From an uncultured Eggerthellaceae bacterium (GTDB lineage Bacteria; Actinomycetota; Coriobacteriia; Coriobacteriales; Eggerthellaceae), in NCBI GenBank assembly GCA_905234635.1, contig CAJOJB010000013.1:1-49136 (forward strand): DNA of 49,136 nt. Direction: 5' to 3'. The position numbers and the translations under genes are program-made. The notes under the pieces were generated by a model. That model saw nothing but the letters and a program-made list of their open reading frames with translations, ran no database searches and was not told the origin of the DNA. Numbering within the stretch: the stretch's first letter is position 1; each line of letters starts with the position of its first letter. Of the stretch, positions 1 through 8,453 are shown piece after piece.

Positions 1-382
1 CGGCGGCAATCGTAGCATATTTAAACTGATTTTTTTGAAGATTTTTAGTTTTGGCGCAGACTACGATTTCCGTTTTCTGATCGCCTTCCGGATCAGTCAG
101 CATGACCTTCTGAATATAGATCTGATAACGATGTGTGTCAGTGGAATATTTGGGATCATTTGTAATAAAACCTTCAACGGTAGAAAAATCAGAAATTGCA
201 GTTTCCGAACGGATTTCTGATTCTGCGATGGTGACAGGTTCTGTTTCTGGTGTTCTATTAGGCTCTGTTACTGCTTCCGTGACAGATTCAACAGAGCTGT
301 TTTCTAATTGTGGATTGCTTCCGCAAGCGGTCAGAAACAAAAAGCCGAAAATCAATATCAAAGATAATTTTTTTGAATTCAT
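1..382 (-). CDS. putative lipoprotein, partial (continues past window edge; absent from ORF track)
   Basis: Reverse-strand ATG at 382-380 preceded by AAGGAGA. Translation MNSKKLSLILIFGFLFLTACGSNP... shows a signal peptide plus lipobox L-T-A-C. The frame stays open to position 1. The segment is AT-rich. Confidence 0.6.
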   Translation of the reverse strand, partial: MNSKKLSLILIFGFLFLTACGSNPQLENSSVESVTEAVTEPNRTPETEPVTIAESEIRSETAISDFSTVEGFITNDPKYSTDTHRYQIYIQKVMLTDPEGDQKTEIVVCAKTKNLQKNQFKYATIAA

Positions 383-392
383 ATATGTCTCC

Positions 393-986
393 TTATGGTT
401 TCTGTGTGACAAATAAAATCCGTTCTGTTTTATCTGAAACAAGAGAAAATTGCTCTGGTGCATCAAGATCAGCATCAGCATCAAACTCGGCGAGCAATAC
501 AAGCCCTGCTTTCCGGATTGCATTCTCAATCAAAGAATTATCATATGCAGTTTCTTTAATAAATTCATCTGAACGATAATAACAATCCTGTTCATCATCA
601 TGAGCGAAAAATGTCAGCTGCATTTCAACAGTATCCCCATGCAGATGATTTTCCCAAGTACAAAAGACCTGTTCTGTATCATAAAGAAAAATTTTATTTT
701 TCAGGATTTCATGATGCTTGTAAAGTGTATTCATATCAAAAAGAAACAGGCCGCCAGGCTGTGCAAATAGGGAAACCCTGTCAAAAACCTGCTGTATTTC
801 GTCATCCGTTAGATCTTTCTGTTCCTGACGTATCTCGGTGACGATATAATTGGGGTCGTAGGAAGTGTCGGTGATATCATCGTTTACCTGCGCAAATACG
901 TTGGAATCACTGGGGTTTAAGTATTCGGGTTTAAGGCCGATTAGCCGGGGGACAAAGTTCGAGTAGCGACTCAACAGTCCCACCAA
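393..986 (-). pseudogene. class I SAM-dependent methyltransferase, apparently 5'-truncated (C-terminal two thirds only)
   Basis: ...FAQPGGLFLFDMNT... and the C-terminal ...ERILFVTQK are typical of small class I methyltransferases. There is no GxGxG SAM-binding motif. The ORF opens right after an in-frame TAG at about 990 with only TTG/GTG starts. Confidence 0.5.
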
Positions 987-993
987 CTATATT

Positions 994-1020
994 ACGCCGT
1001 TCTTCCGAACGGCGTTTTTT
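994..1020 (+). terminator. orphan rho-independent terminator-like hairpin (plus orientation, no plus-strand gene upstream)
   Basis: ACGCCGTTC-ttcc-GAACGGCGT forms a 9-bp stem followed by TTTTTT. It sits exactly where the truncated methyltransferase ORF and the AT-rich block end. Confidence 0.5.
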
Positions 1021-1272
1021 CATACCATACGTCCTGACGCTGCGCGCGACCCCAGCGCATTATCTAGCCCCTTCTGCGCTTACCCTCACGCACCAAAGTG
1101 CGCTCGGTCGCGCGGCGGGGCTATCTAAAGCATTGGATGTCGCGCTCGCTGCTTCACCATGGGCGACCTGTGACTATAGGACCTTTTTGTTACTTCAGGT
1201 TCTGCGAGATGGCCTAAGGACTTTCCCCGGTGGCCCGACCTTTGCGCTCAAACCACAAGCGAAAGGTTATAC

Positions 1273-3189
1273 GTGGTAAAATCACGCACTATGGGAATAG
1301 ATCAACGCATTGATGCACTAACTAAATATATCGATGGTGCAAAAACAGTTTTGGAGCTATCATCGCCGCAGCTGAACGAAAAAGGCGGCGCGGAGGATTA
1401 TCGTCTGTTCCTCCAGCAATCATTTCAAAAAATAGGTGAGCTTGGTAGGAAAAATAACGCGATATTGAAAGAACACCTATTTCCCATCCTAGAGCCCGAC
1501 TACACACTGACCGACGAGGACGTTGACCTTCTCCTTTATTTCAGTTCACAGCTGGCCGACACCACCGCTATGAAAAACATAGATTCGCCTTTAATCTACA
1601 AGCAGGCGGAAAAAATGCTGGAATGTGCGGAAAAAAGCGACAGCCTTCGTGCCTTGATTCTGGCGCTTGATAACATGATCATTTCGGCTTATATGATGAT
1701 AAACCTTACAATTCGCCTCTATCCTGATGAAGATGCCTGCTTCCATTATCGCGACGTCGGCTTGAGGGCTGCCTATAGGCTGCTGGAATTCCTTGAACCA
1801 GACAAATTCAGTTCGCTGCCCGATACTGAGTGCAAAGAACTTGTTTTAATCAATTCGCGGTACATACGCTGTCTTTTCGAATGGAGCGATCGGGCGGGTG
1901 AAGACGAGTGCAACGTGAATGACATAGAATTACTCGAGCGGTCTTTGGCCTTGGCGGACGACTCTTTTTATCACGAACAAGTCCCTGGCTACAATTGGGA
2001 CGTACACGTTTTTCGCACTTTGCAATATCTGGCTGATTTCACGGAAGATAATAATAGCCATTGTTTTAATCATGCTCAGCTCCAAAAAATCAACGGCTAT
2101 ACCAAACGCCTGATTGAGTTCATAAAACAACATCCCGAGCTTGAAAGCGGCTGCCCTCAGATGGAGCAGCACCTCTACTTGGCACGTAATTCATATCTAG
2201 CTGGCGAAAGTTCATTGGAAGACTATCAGAACGAGCTTCTTCGCATTATGTCGCAGCGTGATGTCAGCGACTTCTCTGCGCGCAGCATGTTCATCATGTT
2301 TACTGCACCGATTGAATACATAATGACACTAGACGGAAATGCCTTAAGCGCACAACAGGAAGAACAGCTCCGCTCCGTATACGACTATGTCGCCTCTTAT
2401 GCATATCGCATGCCAAAAACTGGCGTGCTCTCATTCATGCTGACATTTCTCTCGGATATATTATGCAGTTACATGATTGTGCCTGGTGGCATGCGTTTCC
2501 GTGATATGGCGTTAAAAATCATGGCGGCCATGCACCCGCCTACGTACATACACACACTTAATGTAGCTGACATTACTAGATATCTGGCAGAAAAATTAAT
2601 AGAGAAAGAGCCTGACAGGTTCATTGGAATATGTGGTGCCAAAAATACCGCTGACGTATTGGCAAAAATGGACGATATATTGGATTTCGCATACAACGGA
2701 GCATTGCTTCATGATATCGGCAAGATATTCATCGTAGAGACCATAATGACTTACGGCCGCAATCTGATAGATTCCGAGTTCGAGATAATTCAATCTCACA
2801 CCCTGGTTGGTGCATCGCTGCTGCGTCGTTTCCCTTCGTTAGAGGACTACGCAGAAATGGCTATGGGGCATCATAAATGGTTCGACGACTCACGCGGTTA
2901 TCCCAAAAACTTCAGCATGAAAGAGTCCGAATATCAAACGCTCGTCGCCTTACTTGCTGTCGCGGACTGTCTTGATGCAGCAACGGATTCCGTGGGGCGC
3001 AGTTACAAACGCGGAATCACTTTTGAAAAGTACACCGACGAACTACGCAAAGGTAGCGGCACGCGCTATGCACCTTATGTCGTTGAACTCTTTGAGGACG
3101 ACAACATTCAGAGGGAGCTTGAAGAATTTCTCACCGAAGGTCGTGACAAAAACTACCGAAATACCTATCATCTCCTGAAAACACTATAA
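1273..3189 (+). CDS. HD-GYP-type HD-domain phosphohydrolase with long N-terminal helical domain of unknown function
   Basis: 638-aa ORF. C-terminal LLHDIGK (HD) and GHHKWFDDSRGYP (HHx..D..GYP) motifs. GTG start at 1273 with GAAAGG 7 nt upstream. Confidence 0.85.
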   Translation: MVKSRTMGIDQRIDALTKYIDGAKTVLELSSPQLNEKGGAEDYRLFLQQSFQKIGELGRKNNAILKEHLFPILEPDYTLTDEDVDLLLYFSSQLADTTAMKNIDSPLIYKQAEKMLECAEKSDSLRALILALDNMIISAYMMINLTIRLYPDEDACFHYRDVGLRAAYRLLEFLEPDKFSSLPDTECKELVLINSRYIRCLFEWSDRAGEDECNVNDIELLERSLALADDSFYHEQVPGYNWDVHVFRTLQYLADFTEDNNSHCFNHAQLQKINGYTKRLIEFIKQHPELESGCPQMEQHLYLARNSYLAGESSLEDYQNELLRIMSQRDVSDFSARSMFIMFTAPIEYIMTLDGNALSAQQEEQLRSVYDYVASYAYRMPKTGVLSFMLTFLSDILCSYMIVPGGMRFRDMALKIMAAMHPPTYIHTLNVADITRYLAEKLIEKEPDRFIGICGAKNTADVLAKMDDILDFAYNGALLHDIGKIFIVETIMTYGRNLIDSEFEIIQSHTLVGASLLRRFPSLEDYAEMAMGHHKWFDDSRGYPKNFSMKESEYQTLVALLAVADCLDAATDSVGRSYKRGITFEKYTDELRKGSGTRYAPYVVELFEDDNIQRELEEFLTEGRDKNYRNTYHLLKTL

Positions 3190-3218
3190 TTCTCAAAAAA
3201 GCTGGATGGAAAAAGTAG

Positions 3219-5114
3219 ATGCCACAGCAGTCTCTAGAACAATTCATAGCCTTATCGTCGCAGATTCGTTTGTATTCTGCTCCTTCAATCGAATCTATCA
3301 AGAACGAAGGCGAATACCTGTCGACCCTTGTTCGCAACTTTACCAAGATTGGCGTTCTTTCGGAGGAACTCAACCAAACCCTTGACAACTATGTCTACCC
3401 GCTGCTTGAGACTGGCAGGCCTTTGTCTGACGAAGAAACAGAGGCTCTGCTTTCGTTTTCTCGTGGTTTGGTCGATATGTATTCTGTTTCTACCTTAGAA
3501 CCCATGATTTGCTATTTGATATCTTGCAAGCTCGTGGAGGATGCGGACTATAAACAGGATGAAATTAACCGTATTAGTCATCATCTTCGAAGAATCATTA
3601 TAGAACATAAAATCTTATGGTCCTGGGTGTTAGATCTGAACAGGATTTGTGGAGTGCTCTGAATCAGACATCAACTCATGAACTTTAAAAATGTGTTTGT
3701 ATGAAAGAAAAAATGAAATGAGCCAAAGAGTGTAAAAAAGGAGTGAAGTTTTGTTCCTCTTTATTGAGGGAAGGAAGGGAAAGGAAATTGGGAGGAAGAA
3801 GGAGAGGGTGAAAACCAGGCCGATTTGGATCTTTTGCAACGTTCTATGGAACTTGCGGACGACCCCTTCTATCGGGAACAGGCGCCCAACTATAACTGGG
3901 ATTACCATATTTTCCGCTGCCTGCAATATATGGTGAGCTACTCCGAGCGGCTTAACCAACGGGGCATGAATGATGAGCAATTGGAGCTCCTCTACGGATG
4001 TGCGGAACGGCTCATCTTTATCTGGGAATCAAATGTAGACAAATATCGTCGTTACTGCGACCGTAATACCCTAGATCTCTATCAAGCACGACTTGGTTTT
4101 CTGACCGGACGTATGTCAGGAGATGAATACAAGTCGCATTTGCGCGACCTCATGGATCAGGCAAATCTGTTTCAGTTTGGCGTTCACGACAATATTATGA
4201 CCCTCTTTGTGTTGGATGAATATCTGCTTGCTGTTAAACAATTGGGCATAGATGAACAGGATCAAACCGCGCTGAGAACATACTATCGGAACCTGGTGCT
4301 CTACACACATCGGATGCCGAAGCTTGACAGCATCTCTTTCGCAACTGCTAATATTTCAAATGTACTGAAAGATTACGCAGATCTTTCCATCGGTGGGTTT
4401 GAAGAGTTTTGTCTCCAGATGGTTGCCGCTATGCACCCGCTTACCTACGTGCATTCCCTGACGGTTGCGTCTTTGGTAAGACTTCTTGCATCCCGTTTGC
4501 TGGAAGAAAGCCCCGAAGTGTTCATTGGTTTTCAGGGTGCTCAAACAACAGAGGAAGTTCTAGCTCTTTCGCAAGAGATTTTGCGCCATGCCGAGCACGC
4601 AGCGCTTTGTCACGACATCGGCAAAATATTTGTAATCGAAATTATCATGACCTACGGGCGCAGACTGACCGACCAGGAGTTTGCCATCGTTAAAAGCCAT
4701 TCGGCAATTGGCGCTTATATTCTTAAGCAGCATAAGGAAACGGAAGACCTCTTTGCAGTTGCTCTGTGCCATCATGATTACCACGACACGCTGGAGGAAC
4801 GGATTAAAGATGGTGTCATCGATCCGTCCGAGAGGCCCTTCATCGATATCACTTGTTGTGCGGACAGCTTGGATGCCGCCACCGATGCGGTCGGTCGTAG
4901 TTACAAGAAAGGGAAGAGCTTTGATGAGGTCGTGGCAGAGCTTGATGCCGAAAGCGGCACCCGTTACGCTCCGTATGTCGTAGACCTTCTCCACAAGGAA
5001 GACGTAGTAGCCGAAGTCAAAGCAATCCTCTCCGAAGGACGCGAAGAAAACTATCGTCGAGCTTATAAGTTCCTTTACGACATTGCTTCGGAGGACATTC
5101 CTGCGTCCCCGTAA
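3219..5114 (+). pseudogene. paralogue of the preceding HD-domain gene, split into two ORFs (3219-3662 and 3825-5114) by a non-homologous patch
   Basis: The N-terminal ORF aligns with residues about 10-130 of the upstream protein. The C-terminal ORF resumes at DLLQRSMELADDPFYREQAPNYNWD, which matches DIELLERSLALADDSFYHEQVPGYNWD. About 80-95 aa of homology between them is replaced by AT/purine-rich sequence carrying stops. The HD motif (CHDIGK) is present, but the GYP motif is absent (CHHDYHD...). Confidence 0.7.
3766..3814 (+). repeat. polypurine (GA-rich) tract inside the disrupted HD paralogue
   Basis: gagggaaggaagggaaaggaaattgggaggaagaaggagagggtgaaaa contains only 3 pyrimidines in about 49 nt on the plus strand. 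Confidence 0.6.
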
Positions 5115-5260
5115 TGCCACCCCTGAGAGTCGAGTACGTGGCTCTCTGGTCGGCATAACTGTCTCAAAGAATTTTTTCTACACAGCTTGGTAAAGTTGAA
5201 GTTCTCATACTTTTTGCGTGATAATAGCTCCAATACAGTTTGCAAACAAAGGAGGTACTT

Positions 5261-5653
5261 ATGCAACGGGTAGAACAATTCTTGAAGGACGCGGAAACCT
5301 ATTATCTGGCAACTATGGACGGCGACCAGCCACGTGTGCGCCCCTTTGGTACGGTTAATATCTTCGAAGATAGGCTTTATATTCAAACGGGCAAGGTCAA
5401 GGATGTTTCCAAGCAGATTCATGCCAACCCTAAAGTTGAAATTTGCGCCTTCAAAGACGGTTCCTGGCTGCGTGTTGCGGGCGAACTTGTGGAAGACCCG
5501 CGCGAGGAAGCCCAGCAGGCCATGCTGGACGCATACCCGAGCCTTGCAGGCATGTATGCCGTGGGCGACGGTAATACTGAAGTGTTCTATTTCCAGAATG
5601 CTACGGCAACCTTCAGTTCCTTTACCAGCGAACCGGAAGTCGTAAACTTCTAA
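5261..5653 (+). CDS. pyridoxamine 5'-phosphate oxidase-like FMN-binding family protein
   Basis: MQRVEQFLKDAETYYLATMDGDQPRVRPFG... is typical of the PNPOx-like / general stress protein 26 fold. AAAGGAGG lies 6 nt before the ATG at 5261; the ORF track's TTG at 5240 is less likely. Confidence 0.8.
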   Translation: MQRVEQFLKDAETYYLATMDGDQPRVRPFGTVNIFEDRLYIQTGKVKDVSKQIHANPKVEICAFKDGSWLRVAGELVEDPREEAQQAMLDAYPSLAGMYAVGDGNTEVFYFQNATATFSSFTSEPEVVNF

Positions 5654-5681
5654 ATAGCCTCAGTCTTAAAACTAATTCTAT

Positions 5682-5717
5682 AGGCACGACAACCTTGGGC
5701 TCTCGTGCCTAATTATT
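5682..5717 (+). terminator. hairpin downstream of the PNPOx-like gene
   Basis: AGGCACGA-13 nt loop-TCGTGCCT followed by aattatta. The T-tail is weak. Confidence 0.4.
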
Positions 5718-5830
5718 ATGTACCAAGGGGGTCTATACGGATGTCCTGCTTCGGTACCTCGTCACTGTAGGCTTAGCGCAAGTGTGCTACCATGCTCCAC
5801 GGAATAATTGAGGCGAGAAAGAAGGAATAT

Positions 5831-6694
5831 ATGCCTGAAGAAGCGCAAAACGCCCCCGAAGGGCTAACGGAGGAAGAAAAACAACTGCTTAATGCCAGCT
5901 GCCACAGCGGTGCCCCTGCTGCTCCCGCCGTGCTTGAACCGATGGCAGGTTCAACTATTAAGCATGTAATTGGCGTGGTATCGGGCAAGGGTGGCGTAGG
6001 CAAAAGCCTGGTCACTAGCCTGCTTGCTAGTGAGGCTAATAAGCGTGGGCTGAAAGTTGGCATCTTAGATGCCGACGTAACAGGGCCCTCCATCCCTAAG
6101 TCATTTGGGATTTCTGAACCGCTTACGGGCGATGAATCAGGCGTATTCCCTGGTCAAACCGAGAGCGGAATTAAGCTTATTTCAACCAACCTTATGTTGC
6201 CAGCCGAAGATATGCCCGTGGTGTGGCGCGGTCCAGTGGTATCTGGCGTGGTAAAGCAATTCTTCAATGAAGTACACTGGGGCGAAATCGACTACCTGTT
6301 TGTTGACATGCCCCCGGGAACATCTGATGTTTTGCTTACTGTGTTCCAGAGCCTGCCCGTAGATGGCATTGTTACGGTGTCCGCTCCGCAGGAACTTGTG
6401 TCTATGATTGTGGGCAAGGCGGTCAACATGGCACATCAGATGGACGTGCCTGTGCTTGGGCTGGTCGAAAACATGGCCTACTTCACCTGCCCCGACTGTG
6501 GCTCGCAACATCATATTTTTGGTGAGCCCCAAGGTGCAGCCGTGGCGCAGCATTACCAGATTCCTGCTTATGCTACATTGCCAATTGACCCTAAGTTTGC
6601 AGCGCTTGTGGATGAGGGCAAAATTGAGGAATATGATGTTGCAGGTGCGCTTGATCCCATCATCTCCTGCATTGCTGAAGCCGTGAAAGAATAG
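5831..6694 (+). CDS. Mrp/NBP35 (ApbC-like) iron-sulfur cluster carrier ATPase
   Basis: Deviant Walker A GKGGVGKS plus ...DLPPGT-like DMPPGTSD, and CPDCG near the C-terminus. The ATG at 5831 has GAAGGA upstream; the longer ORF from 5792 is possible. Confidence 0.9.
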   Translation: MPEEAQNAPEGLTEEEKQLLNASCHSGAPAAPAVLEPMAGSTIKHVIGVVSGKGGVGKSLVTSLLASEANKRGLKVGILDADVTGPSIPKSFGISEPLTGDESGVFPGQTESGIKLISTNLMLPAEDMPVVWRGPVVSGVVKQFFNEVHWGEIDYLFVDMPPGTSDVLLTVFQSLPVDGIVTVSAPQELVSMIVGKAVNMAHQMDVPVLGLVENMAYFTCPDCGSQHHIFGEPQGAAVAQHYQIPAYATLPIDPKFAALVDEGKIEEYDVAGALDPIISCIAEAVKE

Positions 6695-6733
6695 AAGCTG
6701 ATAATTGTTCTAAGTTATGCAATCCTGAATAAG

Positions 6734-7414
6734 ATGGATATCACGCATTTTTACAAAGAAAAAGGGGAGGGGGACTTCCTTATCCTCCTCCATGGAAACG
6801 ACGAGAACTGCGACTATTTTGAGCATCAAATAGATGAATTTGCCAAAAGCTACCACGTGTATGCTGTGGACACAAGGGGACACGGAAAGACGCCGCGCGG
6901 GGAAGCGCCGTTTACCATCCGTCAGTTTGCTGATGACCTACTGCATTTCATGGACGAGCACCAGATAGGGAAGGCTCACGTGCTTGGGTTTTCAGACGGC
7001 GGAAACATTGCCATGATTTTTGCGATGCAGCACCCCGAACGGCTAGGCAAACTTATCCTAAATGGCGCGAATCTTGATACCAAGGGTGTGAAACTATGGA
7101 CCCAGCTTCCGATAGAAATAGGCTACCGCGTTGCACAATTTCTTCCAGGGACAGATGACCTTACGCGTCGGCATGTTGAAATGCTGGGCCTTATGGTTAA
7201 CGACCCGAATATCAAGCCGGAAGAACTTGAAGCAATTCATGCAAAAACGCTGGTCATTGCAGGAACGAAAGATATGATTCGTGAATCGCATACGCGCCTT
7301 ATTGCGCAAAGTATTCCTAACAGCCAGCTTGTTTTCATCGAGGGAGACCACTTCATTGCGCGCGACAATCCCGATGAGTTTAACCGCGCCGTCCTCGATT
7401 TTCTTGGCGCTTAG
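6734..7414 (+). CDS. alpha/beta hydrolase fold protein
   Basis: LILLHGN oxyanion region, GFSDGG nucleophile elbow, and a C-terminal ...GDHF... His region. Confidence 0.85.
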   Translation: MDITHFYKEKGEGDFLILLHGNDENCDYFEHQIDEFAKSYHVYAVDTRGHGKTPRGEAPFTIRQFADDLLHFMDEHQIGKAHVLGFSDGGNIAMIFAMQHPERLGKLILNGANLDTKGVKLWTQLPIEIGYRVAQFLPGTDDLTRRHVEMLGLMVNDPNIKPEELEAIHAKTLVIAGTKDMIRESHTRLIAQSIPNSQLVFIEGDHFIARDNPDEFNRAVLDFLGA

Positions 7415-7442
7415 GCTTTAGATTTCTGCTCCGTTTTATGCC

Positions 7443-8132
7443 CTAGGAGTCTTCTTTATGCGTAAGGGCATCAATAGGTTTGGACATGGCGTCGAGCAGC
7501 GGCATAGACAGGTCGTGCGAAGGTTTGGTCGAAATGCCAAAAAGCAGGGAGGATAGGCGAATGACCGACACGAGTACAACGCAGATGATGGCTGCGTAAG
7601 GTTCTAGAATTCCGTAGGTTTTCATAAGGGCGAACACGGTTGAGCCCACCACGGCTGCCGTGCCGTAAAGCGACCCTGGCTGGAAAGCGGTAATGGGCCG
7701 TCCCATGAGGGTGTCGCGAACAATGCCGCCACCCACGGAAGCTATGGCAGCAAGCATGATGGCAGGCACAATGGTGAGCCCCGCAGAAAGCGCCTTGCCA
7801 ACGGTAATGACGCCCCACATGCCTAGCGAAAGCGTATCGATTACTTCTACCACACGTGAAAGGTAGTTGACCAGCTGTCCAAAGTAAAACACCACAATGC
7901 CGGTGATAACGCAGGCGATAATAAGCTGGGGGTGCTGGAAGGCATAAATGCCATAGTCCTGCAGCAATATGTCGCGGAAAATGGCACCGAAAAGTCCCGT
8001 GATAATGGTAATAACAATCACGCCGAAAATGTCGTAGCGCGCCCGGGTAGCAACCATGGCGCCCGAAACCGCGGACGTAACCGTGGCCATGAGTTCAAAC
8101 CAATAGGGTATGTTCAATACCATTTCAAGCAT
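7443..8132 (-). CDS. trimeric intracellular cation channel (TRIC/UPF0126, YadS-like) membrane protein
   Basis: 229-aa Gly-rich polytopic membrane protein with duplicated ...GG(G)I(V/F)RD(T/I)L... motifs (FGAIFRDILL and GGGIVRDTLM). Confidence 0.8.
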   Translation of the reverse strand: MLEMVLNIPYWFELMATVTSAVSGAMVATRARYDIFGVIVITIITGLFGAIFRDILLQDYGIYAFQHPQLIIACVITGIVVFYFGQLVNYLSRVVEVIDTLSLGMWGVITVGKALSAGLTIVPAIMLAAIASVGGGIVRDTLMGRPITAFQPGSLYGTAAVVGSTVFALMKTYGILEPYAAIICVVLVSVIRLSSLLFGISTKPSHDLSMPLLDAMSKPIDALTHKEDS

Positions 8133-8453
8133 AGTTTTGCAGTTACCATGAGTTAGCGCCGTCGCGTCGCGTTGTTTCGCATCTTTCGTTTGAGTGTTTT
8201 GTCTTTGCCAATTCTTTCATGTTGGGCACCGCGCAGCCTTTCTTGTGCGGTGTTTCTTTCAGTTCAACTGCGCTATGGTACACGCTTGCGCACGTGGGTG
8301 CACTACGTACAAAATACTTACATCTTCCCAGCTTAAGAAGTGCATTTTTAAGGTACACTTAAGGGCAGCTTTTCATCGGTAGAAAAGGTTCGTTCAAACG
8401 CAGCTTAAACACACTCAAAGCGGACCGCCAAGACACGAAAGTTGGTGGTACTT

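Noticed and set aside
8133-8453. 320-nt intergenic region between the TRIC gene and the EF-G paralogue, containing small ORFs (8143-8358 minus, 8194-8382 plus).
   Set aside because: The small ORFs have no SD, an odd Cys/His-rich composition and overlap each other. This is most likely a divergent promoter region.
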